NCBI GenBank assembly: GCA_964187785.1
Contig: OZ076410.1
Location: 73,346,001 to 73,410,000, forward strand
Source of the DNA: Amphiscolops sp. MND2022
Lineage: Eukaryota
DNA length: 64,000 nt
Direction of reading: 5' to 3'
Position numbers and translations under genes: made by a program. Numbering within the stretch: position 1 is the first letter of the stretch; each line of letters opens with the position of its first letter. Below, piece by piece: positions 36,301 through 49,576 of the stretch. A model generated the notes under the pieces. It did no database searches. It was not told the origin of the DNA and was given only the letters and a program-made list of their open reading frames with translations.

Positions 36301-39300
36301 GTGAAATTTACAACGAACATTTACCAAGAAAAGTCTGAAACGAAAGACTACGAAGATTATTACAGAAAAAAATTTCAAATGGAATTGTGGAAGACGACTT
36401 CAATAGCATAAAAAAATTATTAACCGAAGAACCTTGCTTGGCTCATTATGCGAAAGACCGGAAAATCGTCGTGACAACCGACGCAAGTAAACCAGTCTTG
36501 GAATAACATTATGGCAAAAACAATTGGACGGAGGAATCAAACTGAAAGCATTCGGTAGCAGACATTTGAATGAACGTAAAAAACTACTCGATCGGAGAAC
36601 TAGAACTATTAGCCGTTGTATGGGGCTTGGAAATATTTCAATTTTACTTATATGGGACGAAACTCTTTCTTTATACAGACCACCAAGCACTTGAACCGTT
36701 GATTAAAAGAACCGGTGCAATTGGCAATACATCGCAAGATTGATAAGATGGTTAGATCGGTTAGCTCACTTTGATATTGCCATTGAACACATTGCAGAAA
36801 GTAAACAGAAAGTTTAAAGTTTATCGAAGTTCTAAGTAGAAATCCGGAGGGAGAAACAACGACCGAAGACGCGTACGATGAGCAAAACGTAAATAACGTC
36901 TTTTCCGAACAAGCCGAATTAAACATCAGATACGGCTCACATTTCGCTAACAAATAACAAAACGCTACCGAAATATAAAAAACGACCGAAATAAAATTTC
37001 ACAATCAACCAAATCGCAATGAAACATTCGAGAAAAACCGAGGCGTGAACAAAAAGCACATACCAGCAAAATTTACATCGAACACTTACCGAGAAAAGTC
37101 TGAAACGAACAATTCAACCGACAAAAATTCAAAACAAAACTCATCATAAGGAAAACATTGATCGTGATTACCTCCACTGGGGAGCTTCCGCCTTCCGCAG
37201 AAATCATTGAGATAATTAAACGAAGAAAAAAAACCCGGAGACTTTGAGACTTGTAGAACGGAGGGTAGAAGTATCACGCCCCGGAACGATGAGAAGAAAA
37301 TTCGACCTAAAAGCTCAACGTTAAATTTGGGTTTCCTCAATACCCAATGAAAGGAGCTGCGAAGACTTTGCCGAAATAGACGGAGAATAGCTCAACCGAG
37401 CAAATAGACTCCGCGGAGGATATCAACCGCTCGAAAAGAGAGTAGAAGAAAACCAGCCACAAGAAGAGATCGAAAAAACGAACTTGAGAGTGAAGGCGAA
37501 AACCAAAAAATCAGAGGAGACAACTTCCCGATTGTAGACCTGAAGGCCCACAACACAGATGGAAAGGAAGCACAATTTATCCAAATGAACCAAATCATCA
37601 ACAAAAAGGACCGGAGACAAAAAAGCCACCAAAAAAAGATTTAAAAAATCAGAATTCAACTTCATGCTTGACATCAAAACGTTGTTGTGTTGCAAAGTCC
37701 GCCACCGATGCTGAGCTCAACTGGGTCACAGATGCCATGAGAAGAGGAGAGAACAACACAACACCAGATACCGACAGATATTCGAAAAACCCTCGAGAAA
37801 CAAGTGGAGACTAACATTCAACGATGAGAAAGTTATTGTCCCGGTAGAATTGAGAAAAAAGCTAATGGGAATGAAAACTCTGCACTTCGGCCACGCAGGA
37901 ACAACCAAAACGCTACTCGAAGCTCGCTTATTTCGGTGGCCAAACATCTCCGAAGAAATCGAAGACCGAACAAAAAGTTGTGTAGCTTGCAGGGCAGGGC
38001 ATCGGGTAAGAACTTAAACTACCAAATTCCCAAAAATGAAACCGGAAAACTAAAAACATTAACCGAACCGGGACAAAAAATACCAAACAATTCCTCCGGG
38101 AAAGTGAACAACAAAAAATTAAACAGTGAATACCAATTAATAATAGCCGTAGATAAATTCAGCAAATGGCCAACTATAAAAAATTGCATGTTGTCAGAAA
38201 CAAAAGAAGTTTTCAATTTTCTAAACCAAAACTTTAATATACACGGACTTCCCAAAAAAATGACAACGGACAAAGGCGGAGCATTTTTATCGGAAGAATA
38301 TAAAGAATTTTGCAAATCCCGAAACTTTGGAATCGAATAAAGCACACCGAGACTACATACCGTACCGAGGCGATAGAACGCGCTATACAAACCATAAGGA
38401 ATTTAATAATAGCAACCCTGGAAGCCAATTTGTGTCTCACTGAATGCGTAAACAAGGCATTGAACGTAATGCGATTCAAAATACCCACGATTGAAAAAAA
38501 ACACCCTTCGAACTACATCACGGCCGAAAACCGAGAACCGAACTTACAAATCCGATAAAAAAACGGTAAACTTTTTCTGTCTAGATGGTCGGAATTATCC
38601 GCTTCAGCTGAAAGTAGACCGAAGATACCGCTATACGTGTCACGCAACAGTGATGGAGAGGTATCAATCCATATCGTCATGATCCGGACAAAAGCAGAGG
38701 AGAAGGCAATGACGGAAAAATCACCGAAACAGAAAAGTTCGGTTAGTAAGAGTCCTTTCAAATTCTTTGAAAAGAACCGTAACAACAACTCATTAGAAGG
38801 AAGATGTCAAAGAAAACTGCAAACCGCAGTAAGCGGAACCGAACATACTGTAACTACCGAAACCGGAAAACAATACACCGAAAACTTATTTCGGAACCAA
38901 TCATATTTCTGTAAGAAACAAAAACAGAGCGTGCATCGAAGATTGCAGATACAATAACTCCGAAAAAGAGACACTGCCTGAGATGAGTCGACGGCAACTC
39001 AAAATAGTGCAGAAAAAAATTCCGAAACCGACACTGAGGGCGAAGAAGGAGAAATAGAACACGAAGAGATCGACTTCGAAAACCACGACACTTCCGAAAG
39101 AGAGGGATACCGGCCAATTACAACATCACCGGAAGACGAACAAAATCTCCACACGGATGGAGAACTAATGACGGGTGAGACTAAAGATTGTATTATAACA
39201 ATCGAAAAACTAGACGGTCAAACCGGGAAAGTAAACAACGGAATAGACACGGGGGGAGGGTAACATATGCACGAACATTTTGGATATGATATAATTGTTG

Positions 39301-39710
39301 TAAATGATACAAGAGAGACGTGGAACAACAGGAAAAGCACACCGATGCCACTGCAGAAACCAAGGGACTTAACTAGGGAGAAAAGACCCACGCGGGGAAG
39401 CTGCAGGATGTAGACGGAAGAAAACCCAGGAAAGGGAAATGTTACACGGTGTAAAATACCGAACCGAATTATTCGGAAGAAGTGTCAATCAAAAATGGTG
39501 ACGAATTTAGACTAGAAATTATCAAAGGACCCCAATGTTTTGTTATTTTGTAAACAACCGTTTTTGTTCATACTAATTATTGATATCGTTTGATACGGTT
39601 GTTTGCTAGAATAGAAATAGAAAAAATCGTAAACAACTTTCATAGTTAACCGTAAAGATATCTCTTACAACACACTCGTTTTTACCAAGTAGCGTTTAGA
39701 AAATGTTACA
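33375..39710 (+). mobile_element. Ty3/Gypsy element 2, degenerate; related to element 1
   Basis: PBS-like TGGCACAGTCAGC at 33375; gag, PR (IVDSGS), RT, RH (twice) and IN fragments. PPT AGGAAAGGGAAA, then a putative 3' LTR 39440-39710 (TGTTACA...TGTTACA). Confidence 0.85.
35600..37105 (+). repeat. Tandem duplication (period about 765 bp) of the RNase H region within Gypsy 2
   Basis: Near-identical antisense ORFs at 35883-36188 and 36648-36953; the VTTDASK segment appears twice. Confidence 0.88.
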
Positions 39711-39924
39711 GATTAATCATGATTTTCTTGATGTTTCAGTCAGTGACGTAAACATTATTCAGAATTCCAGATAATTGGAGCACCATGGTTTCAAAAGCAC
39801 ATAAAATCATGAACAAATGTGTTGTTGCATCTTCGCTGCATGTTTAAGCTATAAATAAGCAATTTTAGTAGTTTAGTCAAACTTTTCCCATAAGAAAGGA
39901 GCAAATTCAAAACTGAATAAAAAA

Positions 39925-40010
39925 GGGGAGGCAGCTCAGTTGGAAGAGTGGTTACAGCAACTGCTTCGGGAGCAGAAGGTTGTGGGCTTGAATCGATTCA
40001 ATCCTGCTAA
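39925..40010 (+). other. tRNA-derived (SINE-head-like) fragment
   Basis: A-box-like GGCAGCTCAGTTGG, stem-loop CTGC-TTCGGGA-GCAG and a degenerate B box; no complete cloverleaf. Confidence 0.4.
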
Positions 40011-40217
40011 AGTCCATTTTCAATTTTTTTTTCGAAAGAGCTAGCTATTAGTATAGGCTGTGCTAATAGATTCTTCTAATAAAACGTATAAAACGTTATT
40101 CAATTCGGATATAATGTATATACTTTGGAATACACTTCAGGTTTTGCCTTGATAAATTTTGATTTAAGGTAGCATCATTGTATTCATATACAAGCTTATA
40201 ATTTGATGGATGGTAAC

Positions 40218-40468
40218 CTGACACCCGCTGGGACTCCTCGTCTTCGATGGGTGGGAACATGGTGTGATCACTGATGGAGGGGTCCGAATTAGAGGGCATG
40301 GAAATGGAGCCCCCACTGAATCCACTCGAGTCTGACTGAGAGCCCGGCTTATTATCCGAGAGGCTTTTGCTCTGGTATATGTTCATTTTATCGATGGACT
40401 TGTTCATCGTCATCTCTTTCGGAAGCACAACATTGTCTGTCGTGTGCCTTTCGTCTGGCCGTCTTTTT
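40218..40468 (-). CDS. Candidate upstream exon of the RhoGEF gene (Ser-rich); 3' boundary uncertain
   Basis: TTCAG acceptor phase 2, open frame KRRPDERH...FPPIEDEESQRVS. The GTTACC donor (phase 1) is one of several possible donors. Confidence 0.5.
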
Positions 40469-40947
40469 CTGAATCAATTTTCAATGCAATTGTTCAATTC
40501 TCAGAGCAAAACCGTATTTAACCTCGATTTCTGAAAAACAGTTCCTTAGACGGTTTTTGGGAATGTATTGTTTATCAAATCGGCAAGTTTTCTATTTTAT
40601 TCCAAAAACGCTACAAACCGATCAAGGTACCAAAAAAAACACAAAGAAACGACTTTTCTTTCAAACCTTTTTCAAAACGCACTGTTATCTTGGATAAGCA
40701 TTCTCGAAACATTTTCAGGGATATTTTTAATTTAAAATTCGGCAAGAGTTACAGTGGTGTCTTGACTGTACGGTTTAATTTTTTTCTTGCACTGTTGTCG
40801 TTGCATATTGTGGCGAGCTATAAATCATGAATGAAAAACTTGTGTTATTCCGAGACCGGAATGTTTTGTTGGCACCACAAGGTTTCGAAAAAAGATTATT
40901 AACGCACGCGTAAAAATTTGAATTGTTGAGTTGAAAATTTAGCTTAC

Positions 40948-41246
40948 TTAATGGTGCCGAACATGTTTTGGAATCTGTTTTTATTAGGGACGGATTCTGA
41001 TCTGGGCAGATTGGCCTCCGGCAGAGCGGGAGAAGGTAGATCCGGAAGGGGACCAGATTCTTCCTCGAGAGAAGGAGATGCTAGGTTGACAGTTTTGGCT
41101 TTCTCTTTTCGGAATAGAGATTTCTTGCGGTTGCTGATTTGTATAGCTATTTCTGACTGTCTTTCCAGCAGCTCATTCTTCTCATCGATACCAAGCCCTG
41201 AATCAGGAGTGTCTTTCATCGATTCGTGACTCCGTGTAGCCGACTC
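40948..41246 (-). CDS. Candidate upstream exon (Pro/Ser-rich)
   Basis: CTAG acceptor phase 0, open frame ESATRSHESMKDTPDSG...MFGTIK, strong GTAAGC donor phase 2. Confidence 0.6.
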
Positions 41247-41593
41247 CTAGATCACACACCAAACTACAAAATCAAGGCCTCTGAGTTGCGTGAAACAAAA
41301 TGCTCCATTTTCTGTTAGGTAAATTAGTGCATTTTTTATCGCGCTTCGAGCGATTTAATGTTCAATATTTATCAGGGTTCACCATACATAATTTTTCACA
41401 GTTTCGCATATTATATGCTATATATAACGATCTATAATAACATATAAACATAAACATTAGTTTCTTCTAGCCCCTGAAAGGACTCTCTATAAGCACTGAG
41501 GCTTTTCGAGAGGAAACGTTTTGAAAAGATTTTTTGTTTTTTTTTCAGTGTGGTAGAGATTTGGCATTTATTATCCGCTTCTATATATCTATA

Positions 41594-41719
41594 GAATTAA
41601 TTGATCTCATTTACTAATAAGATGTTTTTTGTCTATGCTCTCACTATTTTTGTTTATAAACAAAAATAGTGAGAGCATAAACAAAAAACATCTTATTTGT
41701 AAATGAGATCAATTAATTC
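41594..41719. repeat. Near-perfect palindrome (63-bp arms, no spacer, 2 mismatches)
   Basis: Centred on GTTTA|TAAAC at 41656/41657. Confidence 0.92.
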
Positions 41720-42308
41720 ACTATTGCCAAAAATGTAGAGATCTACAAATTGATGATTTTTTTGAAATTGTTTCACGTTCATTTTGCATATGATTTTGTC
41801 AGAAGGTAAAGCACCCCACTTGCGCAGGACATTGATTAGTATTATTGCGCCATAATATAGCCTATCATATCATGTTCTCTGGGGAGTTTCCAAATAGTTA
41901 GGCATCTACTTCTTGTTTGTTTGTTTGTTTGTTTTGAGTTCCAATTCTAAGATTTTTGAAACCATTTCGTATCTGGTTAAGGGTTAAGGGAAAACTTGAG
42001 AATCTCGTAGACATGATACTCAAATACTGGTCCAAGTTTTAGATCATTGAATTTTTCTGTAACACTGGTCTTGGTAGGAAGCATTAAGAAAATCCAGTTT
42101 TCTTACAACTTTACTACAACGTTCTGGAACAAACTTCTTGCTAGCCTTGCGCTAAGCACTTTAAGCGCGTATGCTTTTTTTGCTTTCAATTGATGAACAT
42201 TTTTGATTCCAGTTTTGTCGGAGCTTTTTAAAACGGAATAACGTCGGAACCCCCCAAGAACTGATAATTTTTTGACCCCAAAGAATAATCAACTCGTTTT
42301 AAACATAC

Positions 42309-42826
42309 TGGTGCAAACTCTTCATGGTCAATCACATCGAAACCTAGTCCCTCTGCAGTAGCCGAAGATTCTTGATGAAGAGCCTCTGCGATTGTCGCTT
42401 GCTCGTGATGACGTACTTTTCTGTGATGCCTATGTTTACTTTTAGTGTCAGAAGCGTGAACGCTTGGAGTATAAAAAGTTGAATGATGCGCATGTCCCGA
42501 ACTCTTTTCCTTGTGTTTCGGAAGTGGCGACACTTCGAAAGGGGCCATTGTTTTAGTCCTCGGGCGCATGGTTTCAGGCTCCTCAAACTCTGGAGAGTAA
42601 AACGTGGAAGGCATTTCGGGCCTATCGCATTTGTCGGAGGTCTCTTTGCAATCCGAGTTAGGATTGTCTTCTTCACAGATACTTCTTCTACGTAATTCTG
42701 GATGGTAAGAGTTTCGCGGGTCATACGAAAGTTGGCGTGTCAGTTGGAGTTTTTTGTCCAACGCCACCAATTTTTTCTCTTCTACCTCTTTCTGAAGTCT
42801 TTGCAGGGTTTCAACGACAAGACCCC
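42309..42826 (-). CDS. Candidate upstream exon (low complexity, His/Ser-rich)
   Basis: TTGTTTTAG acceptor phase 1, 518-nt open frame, GTATGT donor phase 0. Confidence 0.62.
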
Positions 42827-43396
42827 CTAAAACAAGCAAAATGTAAGTTGGAAAAGTTTCGAAGAAGAACTTTTTCACAGACTTCAAAATTGAAATACTC
42901 GCAAAGTTTCAATGTTTTGATTGCGTATTGTCGAAAGACCTCCAGAATCGACAAGAGTTTTTGAAAGAGAATACAATTAAGATGAAGCACAAAGCTAAAA
43001 GACAACTGTTCTCGAAATCTAAGATCAGCTTTTGAATTTCAGTTTAACCTGAGTCCAACAGAAAACTGTGACGTTGATTTCTTCCGTAAATATTTCGACT
43101 GAAAAGATAATCGTGTTTTCAATTGAAAGCTTTCGACTGAAATGTTTCTGACAATATAACGTGAAATGATTCCAAATGGCAAAGAGAAATCAATAAAAAT
43201 TTTGGTTGAAATATAAAGAAATTTCCTAATTTTGGAATTCAGTGTTCATTGAAATTCGTAGCAAATGAGTTAGCATGTATTCGTCTTGTTGTATTTCTCC
43301 ATGACTCTGAGTAAGTAAACATGTTTATTCCGGAAAATATTAGAAAAAAAATCAGAAATCAGAAAATACTCAAACCTTTCATGTATTTTATATATA

Positions 43397-43840
43397 AACA
43401 AGCCGGGAACGGCATAAGTGGGGGCCATATCTAAGGCTTAAAAATAGCAAAAGGACTTCAAAGTGTCAAGTATTCTTTTACAGTACGTGAAAAACCCTAA
43501 CGTTGGACCGAATTGGCGCACCCTTTCGGATTTTTCAACATCCATTCTGTCGCAAAACATCAAAAAAAACTGAAGGGGGGACCCTTTGGGGAAATTTTTA
43601 TTTCGAAAAAAAGTCTAAATGCCAAAAAACTGAAAGGGGGACACTTTAGTCTCGCCCGGTATTGTATGTTACGCGGAAAAAAGGAAAAACCTTTTTGGTT
43701 CCGTTCGCTAGGCCAAATGGTTCAATTTGACACCATAAAATTTTGTAGAACTTTGTAGAACTATTTTGGCAGTTCGTATGGATTGAAAAAAAGAGTCACT
43801 ATAATAGTTGCGTTTCACTTCATGAAGCGCCGACTAAAAA
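43397..43840 (-). mobile_element. HINE-like element, family B copy
   Basis: AACAAGCCGGGAACGGC... at the left end and AAGCGCCGACTAAAAA at the right end. Confidence 0.6.
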
Positions 43841-46800
43841 CAAAAGAGGTGACTAAACGATCTTGTATCGATTTTCGTGGTTTCAAAAAACTTCTGATTT
43901 CTCTGTTCATTTCATTTCAAGTTAGTTCTTACCTTACAATCTCATAGAGACGGTCAAGAAAATGGAGTAAGGGAGATGATCAATTAGTAAGGCTCGCTCT
44001 AGTGAAGCTATTTGAAACGGATTAGGTGAGATACCTAAGATTCCTTTAGGCCAAAATTATGGGTTTCAAAGTCTAGTTAAACTGAAGAAGCTGAACGCTT
44101 TCAGGCTCGACAACTGCGTATGACCCAAACTGAAATGTTTGCGCCTCAAAGTAGCGGTAAGACCGAACATCCATATTATACAGGATGGAAACAACCGCTT
44201 TGAAAGTAGACGATATTCAAAATACTTGAAATAACAGAAGTCGAATAGCTTAGATGGATTCAAGGTGAGACCCCATTGTAAAGAATGAGGAATAGTGACA
44301 ACTGTGGCCCTATCCAAACAAATGAGAGCCTTTTTACCAGAACTGATAAAAGGGCATTACAATGGAGAAAGCTGTTCATGCCAAAACAACGCATACATAC
44401 AGCGAAACGATACTACAACAATAATGGGTTGGGAAAAGAAAAAAAGACTATCAATCAAATTTTGGTTTGGCCAGCAACCTTAACCTCAAAATAGCGTAAA
44501 GTTGAGAAAAAAGCCAAAATACTACCAATTTTCTAACAAACAAAAAGCTGAAGAACTGCGCAGAAAATATCTTCCAAAAGTCTAACCCTCCATTCTAGCA
44601 ATCTTACTTCAGTTGAGAAAACGTAGATCCCAAAACTGTTGTCCAGAAAATATTAAAAGATTTTCAGACTATACTCTGTCCAAAAATAAGCCAGCATTCT
44701 GTAGGATTTTTGACTTTTTCGCCTGAAACATGGTGTTTATTAAATTTTATGCCCTCAGCAAGGTAGATGATCCAGGTGTGATATCTATAAAAGTTAAGAT
44801 AACAGTAAGTACTTTAAGTACCTCGCCTTATTGTTTAATGTCAATACTATTGTATTCCGTCCCGTTGACAACCAAAATAACTACTCTTAGCTACAATGAA
44901 GCGACCGCGCAACGTATTAATGCAGTAATACGGCCGCCACCACTCAGAACTATGTATGAAAATTCTAATCGAAAAGAAACTTTGACATCGAATTTCTCGG
45001 CAACTATTGCTAATACAAGAAAAATTAAACCACCGAAATGTTCCTGTTTGACCTGACTACGTGTTGAGTAAACATTTAGGAACTTTAAACCAACGTATTC
45101 CCACAAAAATTGAACCTAAATTCATCGTTGACTGTGAATAGAGATTCAGTCAAATTACTATGTTAATATATGTGTTTGAGGGTAAGCGAGAGTGAAAACT
45201 CCGCCGTGTGCGTGAACAGCATAGAATGCAACTCAGCTAAGCGTGTCAGAAAGCGAAAGGAATGAAGTTAAGAACGCGCTGTGAGTGGCTGTACACATAG
45301 CTAATAAGAAAACGGCCGCCGCACACTTTGGAATTATCCCTCTCTCAATGCAAATTAAAAATCAAAACGCGATTTCTCGAAGATGGAAAAAGATATCGAC
45401 AAACTGTTTTCAGTATTCGACAGCCATTCCAAAGGAGAGCTTAAGTTGAGAATATGAGCCCCGTGCGATGATGAGAACATATTGGGGGGAAGCTTTGAAA
45501 ATAAGTTCGTATAAAATTTTGACGATTTTCCAAAAATGAGTTTCCTTTAAAATTTTCGTGTGATCGCTACAATTGTCAAAAAATGTTCGGATATGACTTA
45601 AATTAAAGATAAATGAATATCCTAACTTGTGCTAAATGGAAAATGAATAATATTTCGTAGTTTTTGAGAACCGAGCCAGCAAACGTTAAAAACAGTCCTA
45701 AAATGGCCAAAATAGCCGTTTTTCGCATGTTATCGCTTAGTACTCAACGTGTAAGAGCACAATAGCCGCCCCCTTCACAGCGTACTTGATAATTGAAGTG
45801 GAGGAGTGAATAGAATAATAACTAGAGTGCTGCGGCGCACTAGCGAAGAACCCCCAAGAATTTAACGTTGTGATTTCTTTCTGCCAATAGGGATGTCGAC
45901 CTACCAAAATGCTAACCCCCCCGCACGTTTCGAGCGATATCGAGCTGAAACTTTCAGGGTAGACGCACAAGACCCAGGCGCACAGCGTTTAGCAGAAGCG
46001 TGTTTCCGAAAAATGACCTGGTTTCGAGATATTGGCCTCCAAATTTGAAGGTCCAGACATAAAAATCGGGAAAATGACTACTTTCAGAAAAAGTGTTACC
46101 CAATTTTGTTGAGAAAAGATAGAGACCTCATCTAAAGTGCAAAATACTTCTAATGGCTTGGGCTAACGATGCATATAAGCCCCCACGCTGTACCTTTCAA
46201 ATTGAATGAGTACGAGTCCTCCAAAAGTGAGAGTTTTGCAAATGTCAATATGTGATTTCTGACTACCTTATTTCAAAGGCGTTTTTCACCGTGAAGGAGT
46301 TGAAATAGAAAGATAATGAATTGAGACGTTTTTGTAGCGCTTTGGATGCCCTTTTAGATGGTGTACTTAGTTTTAGCCCCCAATGATCGGAACACCTAGT
46401 TTTTGCCCTTAGAAGGTGTAACACGAAAATCAACATTTCAGGACATAAAATAAACTCACCTTTTAGGTCATTGTTAATTGTGGAAAATTTTTTCCTTCAG
46501 CCAGATTTAGCTGGAGAGAGTTTTCAGGAACCGTGTGAGAAAAAGAGACCTGGCAAAAAGTGCAAATGTCAATCAGTAAGCCGAAGTTCAAGTCGTGCTT
46601 ACAAAAGTGGGAAAAACTGAGTCAGTGACACCGCCCCTTAAATTCTATTGAAAACGAAGTAAAACCACCAGTCATGATTGACCAGGAGGTGGAACTAGGA
46701 CCGACTCGTGATGAGAAAATGTACTTCTGATGAATCTGCAGTACCGAGGTAGGGAAAAATGATTTGCTCAACGCTTAGTCAGGCCCCCAAAAAGGAAAGA

Positions 46801-46940
46801 TGACAAATTACGAATACGTAAATGACTAACTGCCGAAAAAGTAACTTTGGCCGAAGTCTGCGCCATTTTTGAGCACACAAAGTGAGTTGAAATCTAAAGA
46901 ACGGTTTGCTGCTTTGCGTCCGATATTTGAATTTTTGTAC

Positions 46941-47428
46941 ACAGGCTGAGTGGCCAACGAATACACCGACAGGCTGAGTGGCCTACGAATACACCGGTAG
47001 TTAGAAAAACCTACAGGCTGAGTGGCCTACGAATACACCGACAGGCTGAGTGGCCTACGAATACACCGACAGGCTGAGTGGTCTACGAATACACCGGTAG
47101 TTAGAAAACCCTACAGGCTGAGTGGCCTACGAATACACCGACAGGCTGAGTGGCCTACGAATACACCGGTAGTTAGAAAACCCTACAGGCTGAGTGGCCT
47201 ACGAATACACCGACAGGCTGAGTGGCCTACGAATACACCGGTAGTTAGAAAACACTACAGGCTGAGTGGCCTACGAATACACCGACAGGCTGAGTGGCCT
47301 ACGAATACACCGGTAGTTAGAAAACCCTACAGGCTGAGTTGCCTACGAATACACCGACAGGCTGAGTGGCCTACGAATACACCGGTAGTTAGCGAACCCT
47401 ACAGGCTGAGTGGCCTACGAATACACCG
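46941..47428. repeat. Higher-order minisatellite: 14 copies of a 28-bp unit A and 6 copies of a 16-bp unit B
   Basis: A = ACAGGCTGAGTGGCCTACGAATACACCG; B = GTAGTTAGAAAACCCT. Order AAB AAAB AAB AAB AAB AAB A. Confidence 0.95.
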
Positions 47429-48264
47429 AACTTTTGCTTTCACTCCAAGACCGATAGAGAAGATTTGCGGCGAGTGTTATTTATTCTCGATATCATCTAA
47501 GATATCACACCTCATCTTCAAGGATACCTACTACCCTGCTGAAACCTATAACTATTACTTTCTGTGCCCTATGTCTTCTCAAATTCTTTGTAGCTTTCTC
47601 CGTATTTATCGATGTTATAATATTATTCATTCTATTATTCGTGGATGTGAACTTGTACTAGTGTCTATTAATCGTCTTATTTATGTGTTGCATTTTAATT
47701 GACTTTTAACTGCTCTTTTCATTCGTGAAAAGACCTCCGGCGTTTTCAACAGCCTAAGTGTAGCGAGACAACCCCCAGAAAGAGGTTAAATCACAAAGAT
47801 AGTCAAAGAACGTGATTTCTTAGTCACACTTACTCCCACCGTCTTCAACTGTATTGATTCGTCATTGCATTTGAAGTTAAAATAAATTTATGTAGATACT
47901 CAGCCATTGCTTGTCTCGTGATTGGTACCTACGGGTTTAATTGAGTGGTAGTGGAGCAATCTTAGGTATTGTTAAAGCTACCGTAATTCCAAAAATCTTA
48001 CACATTCTTTGAATTTCGAGAAATCATTAAAAGTAGAAGTTTGTTTTTCAAGCATTTTCTGTAAAATGCGAGTATGTGGAAAACATGTTGAAACTTTTTC
48101 ATACTTTACACTGTGTCCAAAAATAAGGCATCATTCATTGAAGGTTGAAAAATTGAAATTGGATGTTTGCTTTTCATGTATTTTCTGTAAAATTATGATT
48201 GAGACATTGTCTTACTTGATTACAAATCAGGGGTCCGTAAAAATTAATGGTTGGGAAATTAAGA

Positions 48265-48830
48265 TTACCAGAAATTTCGTCGCCAGAATTTTCGTCGTTA
48301 AGAAATTTCGTCGTCAGAAATTTCGTGGTCAGAAATTTTGTCGTCGGTAATTACGTTCTTCAAAACGTCGCATTTTATCTAGTCTATTAGGAATGGTCTA
48401 TTATTATTGAGTGTGAATAATTATTGAGTCTTGAAAAGTATCTTCATAATTATCGTTAATTGTGCAATTATTGTTATCATTGACTACTTAGAACTACCAT
48501 TAGTTATGGTTTCGAGAGAAAACGTTTTGGACCATGTTCCTCAACCCCTCCCAGCACACCTGTTTTTTGTCCCCAACACGAAGTTGTTTCGACACTTGAT
48601 TGCACTTGAAAGCCTCGATCGGCGTTAAAATGAATCTTGTTCTTGAGATCTCATTTTAATAAATAAATAATTGTATAATTCAAATGATATCTTTTCGTGA
48701 ACGCTGTCAATTCTAATCAATACGACAAAATTTCTGACGACGATATTTCTGACGACGATATTTCTGACGGCGAAATTTCTGGATTCGCTAATACGACAAA
48801 ATTTCTGACGACGAAATTTTTGCCTCCCGA
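48265..48830. repeat. Two inverted arrays of a 15-bp unit (GAAATTTCGTCGTCA), foldback-like
   Basis: About 5 units at 48270-48345 and a reverse-complement array at 48720-48820. Confidence 0.7.
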
Positions 48831-49101
48831 AATTAATTTCCATTATTGGCTTCCCATTATTGGATTTTTCATGTCTAAAAGTTCCATTCATTAATTTCTA
48901 ATAATGCCGTTAATTTCCATTACTTATATTTGTACATTTTAGTCAAAACCAAATCTTTTCCTGCAAAATTAATTGAATATTTCTAGCACATCATTAATGA
49001 TTTTTCAGTAACAAAAAATTACGTAATAGCGTGGCTGTGATTCATAGCTGCATATTTATCGAAACTAGTTTCACCCTGATTATCAAGAAGAAACTAAAAG
49101 A

Positions 49102-49576
49102 AACAAGCCGGGACCGGCCCAAGTCGGCGCCATATCTAAGGCTCTAAAATAGTAAAAGTATTTTAACCTGTAAAAGTATTCACTTTTACAGCACCCGAAT
49201 TTTTTTTGAAAAAAGTCTCACAATGCCAAACAAAATGGAAGGGGGACTCTTTGGGATTTTTGAGCATCCATTCTGTCGCAAAACTTCAAAAAATTGAAGG
49301 GGAGGATTATTTGGGGAAAAATTTTTCCCGAAAAAAGTCTCGCAATGCCGAAAAAAACTTTAAGAGGGGACCCTTTGGTCTCGTCCGGTATTGTATGTTA
49401 CGCGCGAAACCTTTTTGGTTCAGTTCCTTGGGCCAACAGGGGCAATTTAAAATTTTGTAGAACTTTTGGTAGAACTATTTTGGTCACTGCAGGTGTATCG
49501 AAAAAAAAAATTTAAAAACTGACGAAAAGTCATGACTATATTCGACTCTTTTCTCTAGAAAAGCGCCGACTAAAAA
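49102..49576 (-). mobile_element. HINE-like element, family B copy
   Basis: AACAAGCCGGGACCGGCCCAAGTCGGCGCC...AAGCGCCGACTAAAAA. Confidence 0.62.

Noticed and set aside
44285-44494. Merlin/IS1595-like transposase remnant (IQTNESLF resembles IDES.F)
   Set aside because: A single weak motif with no TIRs or further catalytic residues recognisable.
46941-47428. CRISPR array
   Set aside because: The intervening segments are identical copies rather than unique spacers, there are no cas genes, and the context is eukaryotic.
47022-47702. 226-aa repetitive ORF as a real protein
   Set aside because: It stays open only because the 72-bp unit is a multiple of 3; the tail has no domain features or splice support.
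46417-47828. Solo LTR
   Set aside because: The ends are TG...CA-like but the flanks (GAAGG / CTTAC) do not form a TSD and there is no second copy in the window.
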